A stretch of 64,000 nucleotides of DNA from a virus (taxonomy: Duplodnaviria; Caudoviricetes): positions 32,001 to 96,000 of IMG/VR virus record IMGVR_UViG_3300031867_004305; one strand, given 5' to 3'. Positions within the stretch are counted from its first letter, which is position 1. Each line of letters opens with the position of its first letter. Below, one piece after another: positions 12,001 through 19,364 of the stretch. The position numbers and the translations under genes are program-made. The notes beneath the pieces were generated by a model. That model saw only the letters and a list, made by a program, of their open reading frames with translations. It did no database searches and had not been told where the DNA came from.

Positions 12001-13609
12001 CTTCTGCCAATTCTTGCTGACTTACAGCTGTATTCGCGGCTAAATTAGAATAAACATCTACAACCGTAGAAGCCTCAGACATTTCCATTTTAAAACCACG
12101 AATGGCGGTTGTCATATAGTCAGTAGTTGTAGCATAATCTAATCCAGAAATCTTAGATAACTTTAATGTTTCATTTGTTAAATTTAAAACATCATTAGTT
12201 TCCAAACCTTGCTGATAGTAAATACGAGAAACTTCATAAGCACCTTTAATGGTAACACCATAATTCTGTGCCATAGCACTATAGGCATCTACTTGCTTCC
12301 ATAAATCAGCAGTAGTCATATCAGTAACTATAGCAATACCATTCATTACACTATCAAGTTCTTTGATATGATTCATCGCATCTCGTATAGCGGTTTTAGT
12401 TAAATTTAAAATCTGATTAAATCCCATAAAATTAGTAATAGCCATTTTTATGGAATTAAATGTTTGCTGTTGCTGCTGTAAACGCATAAAAGCAGCACTA
12501 GCTTGATCTAGTTGATTAGCAAATCCTTGTAATTGTCCTTGCATAGCACTTATGCTACCAACAAAAGCACTATTTGCACTTACATTCTGAACTGCTTCTC
12601 CACGTAATATTGCCAATGCTTGTGCAACACGCTCAATTTCTGCGTTATAATCTGACATTCCTTGACTTAAAGGAGTGCCATTAGCTTTCGCAGCATTCAT
12701 TTTATTATATAGATCTTCTACAGCTTTTTGTAAATTTTCATATTCCGCTACTTTTTGTTTAGCACCAGTTAAGTCTGAGCTATTCTTTTTAAAAGATTCA
12801 TCTAAATTTTTAAAAATATCATTAAAATTGCCCTTTTTAAACGCTTCATTAATTTTACCAAAACTTAGTTTTTGTAATGTAGCTATATCAGCATCGCTTA
12901 CTTCAAATTGTTCTTTTAATATTCGTAAAAATTCTTGTTTTCCACCTGACTTAAATCCAGTACCAGCTTTATTAAGCATTTCTCCCCAATCTTGTTGAGT
13001 AATGCCATTACTTAATAAATTTTTAGCTTTTCCAGTTGCTGTAGCTTGCTCAGTAACTGTATTATTTAATTCATCAAATTTAGCTTTAGCGTTTATTAAG
13101 TCTCCTTCAACTTTTTTAGTACCATTAGCAACAATAGCATCTATTTCATCAAAAGTTTTTCTTATACCATTTTTATCAAGTCTCTCTAAAGTAAGTACTG
13201 ACGCTGAATCTGCGAAAATACCTTGCTTAGTTTTTTCTTTAATACTATCTAATCTTTGCTCTGCTGTTACTATAGCTTGTTCTAAATCATTAAATGCTTT
13301 AGTCTGATTAGAATCAAGTTTAATATCAGAAAACTTTAAATTACCCATAGCTATTTGGGCTTTCATTAAAGTTTCTTCCATTTTCTCTATAGAACGTTCA
13401 GCTTGATCAAATTGTTTTCCAGAAGTAAATCCTTTAGAAGTTTGAACTTGAAATTTCTCCATTTCACGAGTCATTTCATTTATTATTTTAGATAAACCTT
13501 TAAATCCAGAACTATCTGGTTCTAAATGACTCAAAACTTTTTGCAATTCTGCTAAAGATGATTGCATAACATTTAATTTTACGCCAACATCTACAGTAAT
13601 TTGCGCCAT
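1..13609 (-). CDS. Tape measure protein, >4,536 aa, truncated by left window edge
   Basis: ATG at 13609 (MAQITVDVGVKL...) after an SD. The ORF track lists no ORF in this frame, consistent with no stop before the edge, and the segments I translated are open and in frame. Typical TMP core near 11.5-12.4 kb (ANTAVSQQELAEAMTRTASSMESVGSTFEETSAMIATM), a LVGELGPEL motif near 1.7 kb, and position downstream of the tail tube genes. Confidence 0.9.
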   Translation of the reverse strand, partial: MAQITVDVGVKLNVMQSSLAELQKVLSHLEPDSSGFKGLSKIINEMTREMEKFQVQTSKGFTSGKQFDQAERSIEKMEETLMKAQIAMGNLKFSDIKLDSNQTKAFNDLEQAIVTAEQRLDSIKEKTKQGIFADSASVLTLERLDKNGIRKTFDEIDAIVANGTKKVEGDLINAKAKFDELNNTVTEQATATGKAKNLLSNGITQQDWGEMLNKAGTGFKSGGKQEFLRILKEQFEVSDADIATLQKLSFGKINEAFKKGNFNDIFKNLDESFKKNSSDLTGAKQKVAEYENLQKAVEDLYNKMNAAKANGTPLSQGMSDYNAEIERVAQALAILRGEAVQNVSANSAFVGSISAMQGQLQGFANQLDQASAAFMRLQQQQQTFNSIKMAITNFMGFNQILNLTKTAIRDAMNHIKELDSVMNGIAIVTDMTTADLWKQVDAYSAMAQNYGVTIKGAYEVSRIYYQQGLETNDVLNLTNETLKLSKISGLDYATTTDYMTTAIRGFKMEMSEASTVVDVYSNLAANTAVSQQELAEAMTRTASSMESVGSTFEETSAMIATMVAVTRESANNIGSAMKSIASRYGELTKDPLTLVDAEGEVMAFNKVDSALQSVGISMKDTEGQFRDFTDVILELSDVWDQLSSVQQRYVATQFAGNRQQSRFLALVSNGDLLRENLEVANDSEDVGTLQALKALDSIESKLNQVQVAYQQFYTTLGAEDLWKGLLDGTTNFINTLNGLPKLFGKIPIGAATVIADAISLIKTVALNGLSAIATQFKSHLDGHVESLDLRGKGQKAGNDFNEGLRQGLSTSSSFSEINREIEVTKQRLNDLSDISKTIVFKRDSNGEIINPQVISNAITRLQDLKAITDEEAKSLRELANEGPEKALEKIKELAIANKEFAGSLTQIKNQKIYDSLLDFSSALNIVANVMDKSTDSSRIFAGSLMFVSGAIKGISSVMKAMETKGPFPWVTVAMAAITAINGIATAIETPQEKLERLNKEAEELSNTAKQVKADEKTLQTGIDKVNELKEKRYESAEAAEEYQKAVDDLADSFPQLISGFDSSGNIIIETANAEEMLAAARQKTLQATYDAAVGEQKANQQKMLTTANEIKNLNNRSGEITDNSFSFDDTANSTRLADRAYGMLRNAMGGFLNFDEVGQYLEGILNQDTSADYLRDIVERSGAKIDLDQIKDISSFSTEINKSIQAYNEAGKKIPDSLQGLNELANLLLSSDFSTEQSLETSQAIVKDFINHLDNYDFNSEFGQQKLNEFLEAYNSLSEETKELINKNFDVSQLNKLNVELANLSGENAGLRNSVVSSYLLLDKSLEENWKFLNENTQGALLLTRQLSSIWGQDKNNNKTWEQFKETDDFKNALNEYYKGYNDLNKEQKDILEKIGNDTSAFTANDVKKELNLDESNKAINEAIDNLYTSTEDSIERLNNIFNTYSEPIYDTTSGEKIDETLPTALGKLKTSLEKRDLSSNALDFISAQVKQIDELEKQGFVQAAGELSNNTSNLINALYQDNISAFDRNSIINILNQSNLNTTEGIEEAISSIESSGADQSVIKSTVKQLEARKQRIVDNVALSIQSELDSLLEKAEDDTKILSKATSGMTMKEANELVNKAKGWGVDLDIGSDIISNGDKLILSEQAFNEIQQKYGEHINEAAEKVQENLKKAQSAGLLDSNNQVSIPDVEEVLSEEMREFLSANGFNYDETTKKYLDSNGQVLINEANQLTEAGQKTIELLFENIFNGLEDYGMAVEQIQAMIFQQENWNKGDYSSLLNGQFMKKPNQKSRKQARITGIPALETFDTEAFNKYLSGTERYDAANQPELKVAVEKARGGVDTLLSDLLSKGIDNFNITDYANTGIESSTFNEMSAAIKDWQDSYEDFVRNYANLTGKNATEIDALIAQARAKDYENNAYDALKDVIDSFDNFSYEAGQKLARSIDGVSLEDFDVNTVTGELSSSYENMLNILNNSALDKTSKQYLELRGKLESANAKIDNTARFVDIVSKRDKLTEENVATLAEIFGTSYDFISNLIKKEDDGTYKMNLAELDRLIQTGKIKVTEELKQMIANEIDGIISSLTGLSSLQGKGTTSIEDMRKRVSSVNEQLGTSFDISALFEYDETVHGFVYSTTGLIASVQSLSQQLNSLSGDERWAAEQLINDTKRQFAEAIDITGFLGMANGDPARALKIDELQKAIEDYNAVLFALGETEGLNADNIISALKDGGENAVKAAEEIAKAQGTTLSDSDIEAAYRNEVANFVNAIDTVIAKPGEIIDSATAEIIALSGGKVNELGESGQYVVETAANLYEAYNNLLTRLEATGEATLADLNKVAALALENRDGEQAAIDALGDATGMTFTRFGEILADAGIQLTETMINDLETSGIIDLMGGNKMRIADFSRFADLMGWDANSEEYVSAFKTYNDSLIEMNRKAENNILEEVNALGDAKGGDWLNLTQLSERLETALEGKIVNKGAYDVPAFDNFIDILNSMGGHLQDGILKLDSEANIPGILSTIASYAQQYGGLLQSDMAQLADTLDSVLQSYVDAISKGISGKLSNSDAFNLQQMVDSLDMNVNLEFTKTAEGMKLTKQSAIELYQELQKIDSLKAQLVFDDLYDSLTGDLGGGFDSMSDTMATIAETQKQIRENWYEIRKLEAEDPGDARAQRLRQQNAELENQLDLYNQIANKQAGDPDSYNFMNGKLPDYLQGPANYWDSVGKAYKTMNEAASAGTIDLTDYYNIVNEMSNLAAMSGQLEVDGQKFASSAEMASYLIEQGANALTNVDGEGVKVDLSRLGVNFVTGANNMQDNFQDGIKAMAESQIAMLDAAIQVMETVVAMEKLGDIDVDSDGLLNLGEIFNGTTDAAGDFTKGYTEWADSIYKVTHDPKAENYNEDLAKALDHLSINGTSLKDMIYAARSGLENAADAWKDLGMTEEQYAKVINSFYQAARNGDYNLENVTESVWDILEQTLPDGTVIKTGQRSVVVSGKTHYVIDWESEEVSDALALVAKEHPELTGNQEELQRELEEAFTAYSQGKATEIQVKSVLVARGLIEVDPETGDITVDGQTYKADSPAAKKAIAEASLKAAGAENIETEMSTDETERKKTEIKSHGTLTIGQTTIDVLADENGNVKYIGPNGKEYGSIKELKDGLIEERYQKELQNQSDKLGALSETEREAEEVKIKKRITAQVEYEFSDQTDNTVNGTQKQIGEYLQKDEETRRTEIENAITEALKKGPDEQGQYTAEIPGGIEVTGFEEELTTDKVLENIEKSYDPEGVVSKIADGIGKAFEGEAGAQIGAKIAEGLTTALAGAEGETQEILIPEITIKPNKINFNTENISKAAEQDLNADVPEIPLATAKATVETLEITSVTSSKLSDGTVIDLTDAVNAKGTAGSLELTAAGIEATLAEGNPIKISGAIDSTGTAGTLTITLNEGQNGELEHSGDVDVGSVGNTTGNSEQLTIEATNKKLSEENPDVGQIGSITGTSNDAKINATSYQITFVGENGSSNTVVVNGTANLVATLAQYGVGFDANGNLTNVGKYNVDVEPNDTNVDLTTTANMDGAEAAVNTWAANKVVQIQVKTASVDGATTEVEADPILATELKNVTDFDSLSVQIQVSGAENGISTLEQYKAKIQEVLDAGQQLNSIDLTNIQTLSAAGLIDINLPTATSTIDNLEITGANNATYDGTLTLTEDISEGQGNISNLTVGATNLTANSGLAALQGMDFSTTSSSLLGVQQGVGKISRASFSNFSDLSGMLEVIKSQVESIWDTVKQFANQTFTVTLQQQSGTTNTDTETTENKTVNTTQNTTVNVDTSGAQGSAKALSTAAASMGASLTVAATKVKNLATAATKIPNKAAAVQSLASAIKDIPSRSSLVSNLASAMKQIPDVASRVKGIADALNRIPTSKSFSMDVTVNVKATGAGTGGGIEKFEFPPKAKGNVALSKGTGPALAGGRRTLVGELGPELVVSGGKYYVVGQNGAEFVDLAPDAIVFNHLQTRELLKHGSSSRGDAVTSEKNAVALAGGTSGPAMASASAALSALKQLRAMWESLATASAKDLGALAGRGGKGGGGGGGCFVAGTPIATRNGFKNIEDIEVGDIVLSYNEETRKNEYSEVLQTMIHDVEEDIYTLHIEDEELVVTGIHRFLIGNEWIPASALATGNLVRFADGTLHAISEIDIEEMAIRVYNFEVSNNHNYYVGNNSILAHNKGGGGGGGGGADDNGENRAVTAEIQRWYNLTRQIAKAEKDITYQQALRSKYQSDFVVNGDKIYATYQKELAILRKEVRNQKELVELQKSWYDAKRKELEASDYGKIFTYDENGLQQYVGSGAPGSGRGLDILEKLNERDVNGQPINNAKSARAQLKYLRSVGFNLSDLLYNDDGTKAAKSINQNTLAVKKNNSKDKKNDIYVKMMENFWNNIDGWRDELDNLYDSYNDTLTNIEENQTKQNEILQELRDNELDIEQELLKAIESRQQALIDEKTELKDALKDASDAYISGLSEALDKERKQYEQNQGKDELTKLQRQLAILQR
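971..1369 (-). other. HINT (pretoxin-HINT/BIL-like) autoprocessing domain inside the tape measure protein, 133 aa
   Basis: In frame with the TMP: GGKGGGGGG|CFVAGTPIAT...LVVTGIHRF...VYNFEVSNNHNYYVGNNSILAHN|KGGGGGGGG. Shows block A Cys1, block B TxxH, block F/G and terminal His-Asn. Confidence 0.92.
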
Positions 13610-13639
13610 CTCTTCTCACTCTCCTTTTGCCACCAAAAT

Positions 13640-13677
13640 AAAAAAGAGCCACTCCCTATACACTTAGGAAGTGGCTC
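13640..13677 (-). terminator. Intrinsic terminator-like hairpin between tail tube paralog and TMP
   Basis: GAGCCACT...AGTGGCTC inverted repeat followed by a U-rich run on the minus strand. Confidence 0.55.
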
Positions 13678-14521
13678 ATATATCAGCATCAATGTCTTGA
13701 TTGAGACGCGTTATTTTCACTATTAAATTTTTGCTATCATCCGTTTGCTCGGGCAAACCAATGATATTAAAAACAGACGTAGTTGGATCAGCCCTTTCTC
13801 CCAAGCGTAAGTTAATATCACTCACGACTCTTACTTTTGGCATATAAATTAAATTTGTATAATTTAAGCCTTCTTTTTCATCCTTAGAGTAAAACTTACC
13901 CTCAAGAGTGAATAATCCATTAAAGCGTTCTTTTTGAATCAAATAAATTAACGCTTCATCCTTATACTCATAATAATAATCAATTATGTATTGTTTTGTC
14001 GGGTCTGCCGCCGTTTTTAATTCTTTATCCTCATAAACCTCAATGAAAGGAAAACCGCTTTTGGTTTTTAACTTACCATAAACCTTCTTTTGCGCGACAT
14101 CGCGCTCATATTCATAAATAAAAACTTTTTTCTTTGTATATGGAGTTTGTTGAATATAAAATCCATTTTCTGAATCTAAATCAAATGGCCCTTCTCGTTT
14201 CTGTACTAATATAGATTCATTCGGTAGCACCTCTGCCATAGAGGAACTTAAAAGAATAGCCATACTAATAGAAGACATAACGCCTTCGGAAAGGGAGAAC
14301 TGGACTTCTGAACTATCCTCCCAAATAACACGAGGCATATTGGACCAACCGCCTCGCGCCATGACCGGAGTACGTCGTTCAGTTAACATTGAAATATTTA
14401 CATTTTCAAAATAAAGTACCGGTTCTCCTTCTTCCAAGCGTCGGGAACCAAATGTCATAGGAACTTTTGCTTTTAGCACAACTTCATATAATTCTTTTAC
14501 ACCAAAATATTGGTCAATCAT
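13676..14521 (-). CDS. Minor tail tube-like protein (paralog of the major tail protein)
   Basis: N- and C-terminal blocks align by eye with 14580-15551 (GGWSNMPRVIWE vs GGWGNPKLITWD; VVSDINLRLGERADPT vs VLSDVTITLEAEGDPS). Confidence 0.7.
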   Translation of the reverse strand: MIDQYFGVKELYEVVLKAKVPMTFGSRRLEEGEPVLYFENVNISMLTERRTPVMARGGWSNMPRVIWEDSSEVQFSLSEGVMSSISMAILLSSSMAEVLPNESILVQKREGPFDLDSENGFYIQQTPYTKKKVFIYEYERDVAQKKVYGKLKTKSGFPFIEVYEDKELKTAADPTKQYIIDYYYEYKDEALIYLIQKERFNGLFTLEGKFYSKDEKEGLNYTNLIYMPKVRVVSDINLRLGERADPTTSVFNIIGLPEQTDDSKNLIVKITRLNQDIDADI

Positions 14522-14535
14522 TTGATTCACCACCT

Positions 14536-14570
14536 AAAATAAAACTGGGGCTTTCGCCCCAGTTTTATTT
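14536..14570 (-). terminator. Intrinsic terminator after major tail protein
   Basis: AAATAAAACTGGGGC-TTTC-GCCCCAGTTTTATTT perfect hairpin with T tract. Confidence 0.8.
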
Positions 14571-14579
14571 AATTATCTA

Positions 14580-15551
14580 TTAGAGAGAAGAAGTTAGAGA
14601 GCCCTGATCGTCACCAGTAGAAGTAGCATCAGCAGCAGCACCGCCGTAACGGATTAGCTTCATCATTTCCTTCTCGCCGCGCTCGTTGTCAGAACGTAGA
14701 ACGTTTAGGGTCATCTCGAAAGTAGAAGGATCGCCTTCAGCCTCTAGAGTGATAGTAACATCAGATAGTACCTTAGCCTTACCAATTACAAACTGGAAAG
14801 CTTCGTCCTTACCAGTAGCCTGAGAACGCATGAAGGTATCGCCAACTACACGATAAGTGCCTGGGAAAGTATCAGGAGAAATAGTTACTTCAACAGCAGC
14901 GTCGCTGTTAGCAGCGCCAGTAACTTCCTCTTCCCAGAAAATACGAATGTGGTCACCCTGAGCCGGAGCGGTCTCAGTAGCAACGCCCATAGCGTCGTTC
15001 TTGAACTTTAGAACCATATCAGCAGTCATGGTGACAGCCTGACTATTTTCTTCATCATAACTTACCTGAGTACGAACACCAGCTACAGTAGAACCAGTGC
15101 CGCCGCCATAGTTGATAAAGCGGATTGGGTGATTCTTAGTGGCTTTAGGAGTTAGAGTAGAACCAGTAATGTGATCCTTTGGTAGGGGTAGCTTACCATC
15201 AACACCAGCAATAACTTCCTCAGTACGACGTACAATTACAGTTTCAGTAGCAGCTGGCTTATGGATAGCACCGCCTAGCATGAAACGTAGAGACTCAAGA
15301 GAAATTAGAGCGTCTTCTAGAGTTAGGGTAATTTCCTTACCATAGTCCCAAGTGATTAGCTTAGGATTGCCCCAACCACCAGTAGCGTCGGTAGATTCAG
15401 CAGTAGTCTCGATAGTAGAAACCTTTAGGGTATCTAGGAATAGAACGATGTCACCCTTATAAACATTAGACTTAGGGTCATCTTCTAGAGCCTCAAAATA
15501 AACATTGGCAACTTCCTTAATACCATACTTATCAAAAATATTAACAGCCAT
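14580..15551 (-). CDS. Major tail (tube) protein
   Basis: 323 aa, beta-rich, strongly biased codon usage, own terminator, lies between the neck genes and the TMP. Confidence 0.75.
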   Translation of the reverse strand: MAVNIFDKYGIKEVANVYFEALEDDPKSNVYKGDIVLFLDTLKVSTIETTAESTDATGGWGNPKLITWDYGKEITLTLEDALISLESLRFMLGGAIHKPAATETVIVRRTEEVIAGVDGKLPLPKDHITGSTLTPKATKNHPIRFINYGGGTGSTVAGVRTQVSYDEENSQAVTMTADMVLKFKNDAMGVATETAPAQGDHIRIFWEEEVTGAANSDAAVEVTISPDTFPGTYRVVGDTFMRSQATGKDEAFQFVIGKAKVLSDVTITLEAEGDPSTFEMTLNVLRSDNERGEKEMMKLIRYGGAAADATSTGDDQGSLTSSL

Positions 15552-15571
15552 GTGAGTTACCTCCTATAAAA

Positions 15572-16351
15572 TCATGATTTTTCAGAGCTCGCAATGGAAC
15601 GCATCCAGTGCTTTAGTTGTGATTTTTTCAATTTAGCACCAGCCAGAGCGGCTTGATTGTTTATATTAAACTGATCACGCCACCCCATTCTTTTTAGCTG
15701 GTCGTGAAAAGCGTAATATGTAATGTTCCAAATATTTTCCATATTTAGACCGCAATTATTTATTGTAATACTACCGGTCAAATCGGAGAAGTTCAAATCT
15801 GATTTTTCCTTTTGTGCTTGTTTGGCTTTTGCCCTACGCACTTTTTCACGATTCGCACGCATTTGTTCTTTTAATTTTCTTACAGTTGGAGGGTCATCAG
15901 CATTTATGATTATTTCTTCCCCCTCTTGCTCTATAAAGCACATGCGTTTGATAATTCGCTGAAAATCATAAAACTTCTCTTCTGATAATAAGTGTTTTTC
16001 TTCAATAGGCCCTACTATGATTTGTGCTGGCTCCAAAGAAATAGTAATATTTTCATGAGTAAAAAAGAGAAAAGCTTCTTTTAATGTTTGATTTACTTCT
16101 GGATCAATCGCTGAAATCATTAGCAAATATTGAAAATCAGTAAGCTCTTCTAAAAGCTCTTTTAATTCTGTGTCCTCATTACTAACACTAGTAGGTTTTT
16201 CCGCTAACATAATACTTACATATTTTTGAAATATAGAATAACCTAAATCTATTACTTCACCCATTTTTGGTGGATATATAGCACATATGTCATCAAGTAA
16301 AATAGCACTGCCTCGTTGAAATTTAAGTATCTCGTCATCAGTTAAATTCAT
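15572..16351 (-). CDS. Putative tail assembly chaperone
   Basis: Helical 259 aa with C-terminal IWNITYYAFHDQLKR, resembling chaperone C-terminal segments; located in the tail module. Confidence 0.4.
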   Translation of the reverse strand: MNLTDDEILKFQRGSAILLDDICAIYPPKMGEVIDLGYSIFQKYVSIMLAEKPTSVSNEDTELKELLEELTDFQYLLMISAIDPEVNQTLKEAFLFFTHENITISLEPAQIIVGPIEEKHLLSEEKFYDFQRIIKRMCFIEQEGEEIIINADDPPTVRKLKEQMRANREKVRRAKAKQAQKEKSDLNFSDLTGSITINNCGLNMENIWNITYYAFHDQLKRMGWRDQFNINNQAALAGAKLKKSQLKHWMRSIASSEKS

Positions 16352-16859
16352 TTATTTTATACCTCATTGAATATCCTCCAAGCCAAGGAGATAAAGTTAA
16401 ATTATCAGCTCTATAGAATTGTAAATTACCTATACCAGCTAATTTACCTCCATTGAACATTTTATCTATCTCTTCCATAATTAAGTATGGCCGCAAGGAA
16501 GTCTCATTCAAAATCCATTCATCATAAGGACAAGCTATATCAAAACGAATGGTTGATACTTTAAAATCAGGATTTAATTGATTTACAGTAAAATCATCAA
16601 ATACTGAAACTATATATGACATTTTTTCCGTGCTATCATCAAATACTTTTGGAACAATTAAAATTTGTTTGTGTATTAAATCAAGTCCATCCACATCGGG
16701 TTGTTCTTTGTTTGTTATTGGATCAACTTTTTCAAAAGGATCTTTTGTAGGATATTTTAATAAACGGCAAATACGCTGATTTTGCATTAGCTTATTTGCT
16801 ATTTTAAAAGTATTATTACCCATTACAGAAAAGCGTCTTTGTGTTTTATTTAAATCCAT
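16338..16859 (-). CDS. Neck / tail-terminator protein (putative)
   Basis: 173 aa; position in the head-tail block. Confidence 0.45.
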   Translation of the reverse strand: MDLNKTQRRFSVMGNNTFKIANKLMQNQRICRLLKYPTKDPFEKVDPITNKEQPDVDGLDLIHKQILIVPKVFDDSTEKMSYIVSVFDDFTVNQLNPDFKVSTIRFDIACPYDEWILNETSLRPYLIMEEIDKMFNGGKLAGIGNLQFYRADNLTLSPWLGGYSMRYKINEFN

Positions 16860-16868
16860 TCAAATCAC

Positions 16869-18074
16869 CTACCATAATGGAATAATTCTTATAGCTTTAC
16901 TATATTCTTGCCCTTTATAAGTAGCAGTCAATATAAAAGTTCCTAACTTATTTTTAGCATTACCATGAATAACACACTTATTATCATTTTGAGATACAAT
17001 AGTAGCAAAAGTTAAATCGTTTAATATATATACTACTTCTTCATTTATATCAGAAGTTCCTACTAACCTATATGTTGCTTCACGATCAAGACGAATAGTG
17101 TCTGGTCCTTCTATATAAGCAGAAAATTCTTGTTGTTCTTCATTTTCTCCAACAACAACCACAATAGAATTTACTATATCTGGAAATAATTTTAATTGAG
17201 CGGTAAGAGTGACTTCTCCCTTTCCTACAGCAATTAATTCTCCATCTATATTACGTACTATCTTTTTATCTCCACTTATCCATTCTATTTCTTCATTACA
17301 AGTTTGGCCATTTTTAGTCAAAGTGAAAGTAGGTTTAATATGATCTCCCAAATGAAAAATTTGAGTTAATGGAGGTATTAATAATTGATATTTAGCTAAC
17401 TTATCCATATCGGCTATATTTTCCTCCACATCATCATAAATCTTATTAATTTTACCTTCAGTCAAAGATAAATAAATAACTCCAGGCACACTAGTATGAT
17501 CGTATTCAACTACTGTCCAAGATTCTTCTTCTACAATAAAGTTAGTAGCTCTATCAATAGGATAACGCGGCATAAGTAATTCAGCATATTTATTTGGTTG
17601 TGGAGTTATTAATGAATTCCACGTTCTAAAATTAGCTTTTATTTTACTATCTAATGAACTTACAAAATATGCCCAAGATTGTTGTAAATGACCTTCCGCA
17701 TCTATCCACTTCATTAAATAATTACATCTTACTATCCAAAAAGTTCTAAACGTTCCATTAACCTTTTTTTCTTCTTGAATAATAATCCATTTTTCAATAG
17801 TGCCATCATCTAATGTCCAATTTAAAATATCGCCAACTACAATTTTTACATTATTAGCGACTTCAAGGAACATTATTTTCTCATATTCTTTATCTTTACT
17901 GGTAAGTATAATACCATCAAAATATAAACCACGCTCAACCGATAAATTTCTAATTGTATGCGGCGATTCAGCCAACCATTTTTCAAAAGAACGAATACCA
18001 CCATTGCGTATACGCTCAGCAGTTGTTTCGCCTAAATGATTGATGCGAGAAAAGTATACATCTAAATAATTCAT
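16869..18074 (-). CDS. Head-closure/neck protein with C-terminal Ig-like domains
   Basis: Ig-like motif (EWISGDKKIVRNIDGELIAVGKGEVTLTA) and synteny. Confidence 0.55.
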   Translation of the reverse strand: MNYLDVYFSRINHLGETTAERIRNGGIRSFEKWLAESPHTIRNLSVERGLYFDGIILTSKDKEYEKIMFLEVANNVKIVVGDILNWTLDDGTIEKWIIIQEEKKVNGTFRTFWIVRCNYLMKWIDAEGHLQQSWAYFVSSLDSKIKANFRTWNSLITPQPNKYAELLMPRYPIDRATNFIVEEESWTVVEYDHTSVPGVIYLSLTEGKINKIYDDVEENIADMDKLAKYQLLIPPLTQIFHLGDHIKPTFTLTKNGQTCNEEIEWISGDKKIVRNIDGELIAVGKGEVTLTAQLKLFPDIVNSIVVVVGENEEQQEFSAYIEGPDTIRLDREATYRLVGTSDINEEVVYILNDLTFATIVSQNDNKCVIHGNAKNKLGTFILTATYKGQEYSKAIRIIPLW

Positions 18075-18343
18075 TCATTATCTCGCAATTCTAACTCTCC
18101 TATCAAATTCATACATTCAAAAATAGTTTTTCTAAAGTATTCATAAGATAGGTGATGTAATGAATTGAGTTTTCCAAGTAAGGGCCAAAAATTAATACAA
18201 AAAGGCCCCAATCCTTCAAGCTCAATAATAATTGAATCTAAAAACTTTTCCCATTCACCATTTTTTTCTTTTTCACAAAGCACACCATAAAGACGACCCT
18301 TTAATTTATTCTTATAGCCGTCAAAAGTAACATCATAAGGCAT
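18071..18343 (-). CDS. Hypothetical virion-module protein
   Basis: Overlaps both neighbours; likely start MPYDVTF. Confidence 0.55.
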   Translation of the reverse strand: MPYDVTFDGYKNKLKGRLYGVLCEKEKNGEWEKFLDSIIIELEGLGPFCINFWPLLGKLNSLHHLSYEYFRKTIFECMNLIGELELRDNE

Positions 18344-18827
18344 TTTTCTTACCCGCCAATTTTTTAAATAAAACTGCTGGGCGTTTTGCACGCGAACGGT
18401 CATAAATACCTTCCGCACGCCGCACATCATTAGCAATGGCGGCCTCCAGCTTATTTAATTTATCTAAATGATTTGCTTGTGAAAAATCTTTATCGGCATA
18501 AAGCTGTCGTATGTTCTCCCAACTAGCAATACAACGTTTTACCCACTCATGCTTCATATATAAAGCAAGTAATTGAATCTCATCATTAGTTAAATCTTCA
18601 ACAAATTGATAGTGCTTTAATTTATGTGTACTATCATCGTCGCTATCATCAAATTCAATTTCTTCTTTATCCAAACTAACTCGCGGATATTTGAACCTAA
18701 AAATTGCGATGTTAAGGAGTTCTTGCCAATCCCGCTCTACAATGGCGAGTTCTTCCTCAAGAGTCCATTCATCCGCGGTTATTCGTGCTAGAAAGGCATC
18801 ATACACCTTGAGAAAGGGCGTTGCCAT
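18333..18827 (-). CDS. Head-tail adaptor protein (putative)
   Basis: Helical 164 aa, two genes downstream of the capsid gene; DFSQANHLDKL C-terminal segment. Confidence 0.55.
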   Translation of the reverse strand: MATPFLKVYDAFLARITADEWTLEEELAIVERDWQELLNIAIFRFKYPRVSLDKEEIEFDDSDDDSTHKLKHYQFVEDLTNDEIQLLALYMKHEWVKRCIASWENIRQLYADKDFSQANHLDKLNKLEAAIANDVRRAEGIYDRSRAKRPAVLFKKLAGKKNAL

Positions 18828-18830
18828 AGA

Positions 18831-19280
18831 TTACTTCTCTTCGGCCTGATGTTTTACAGAAATAGCCTGAATTACATCAATGCCACAATAAGTTTTGATT
18901 AGAGCGGTAAAAGCATTATCAGTAATATTATTATCTACTACATACTGTACAATAGTATCTTTTGCAGCGGAAGGCGCAATTTTAATATATTTAGCAAAAG
19001 CTGTAATATCTCTATTATCAATAATCTTGATAATTTCGTCTTTATCCATGACGTTGGTAGGAGTTTCAATAACAGCACGCTCTTCTTGTACACCATCAAT
19101 CTTGATATAACCGCCGCGAATCATATTCTGAATACCTGGCTCATACATTAAATCTTCATACTCGCTAGGAGTCAAAGTAATAATGCGTCCGGGCGCAAGA
19201 CTACGCGAATGCATAGTACCGTTTGTAGAACCAACAACAACAGTAGCAGAACTAATATTCTTTAAAGTAATTTTTGCCAT
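18831..19280 (-). CDS. Hypothetical protein downstream of capsid gene
   Basis: Strong SD (AAGGAGG), 149 aa. Confidence 0.7.
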   Translation of the reverse strand: MAKITLKNISSATVVVGSTNGTMHSRSLAPGRIITLTPSEYEDLMYEPGIQNMIRGGYIKIDGVQEERAVIETPTNVMDKDEIIKIIDNRDITAFAKYIKIAPSAAKDTIVQYVVDNNITDNAFTALIKTYCGIDVIQAISVKHQAEEK

Positions 19281-19308
19281 AATAATTTCCTCCTTTAACT
19301 CAAAAACA

Positions 19309-19342
19309 AAATGGGGCGGGCGAGATTCTCACCCACCCCATT
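19309..19342 (-). terminator. Terminator after major capsid gene
   Basis: AATGGGG(C/T)GGG...CCC(A/G)CCCCATT hairpin followed by TTTGTTTTT on the minus strand. Confidence 0.6.
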
Positions 19343-19364
19343 GAAGTGATTTTATATATATTGA

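Noticed and set aside
896-13307. Short ORFs listed across the TMP region
   Set aside because: They are antisense or off-frame shadows of the single long minus-strand TMP frame
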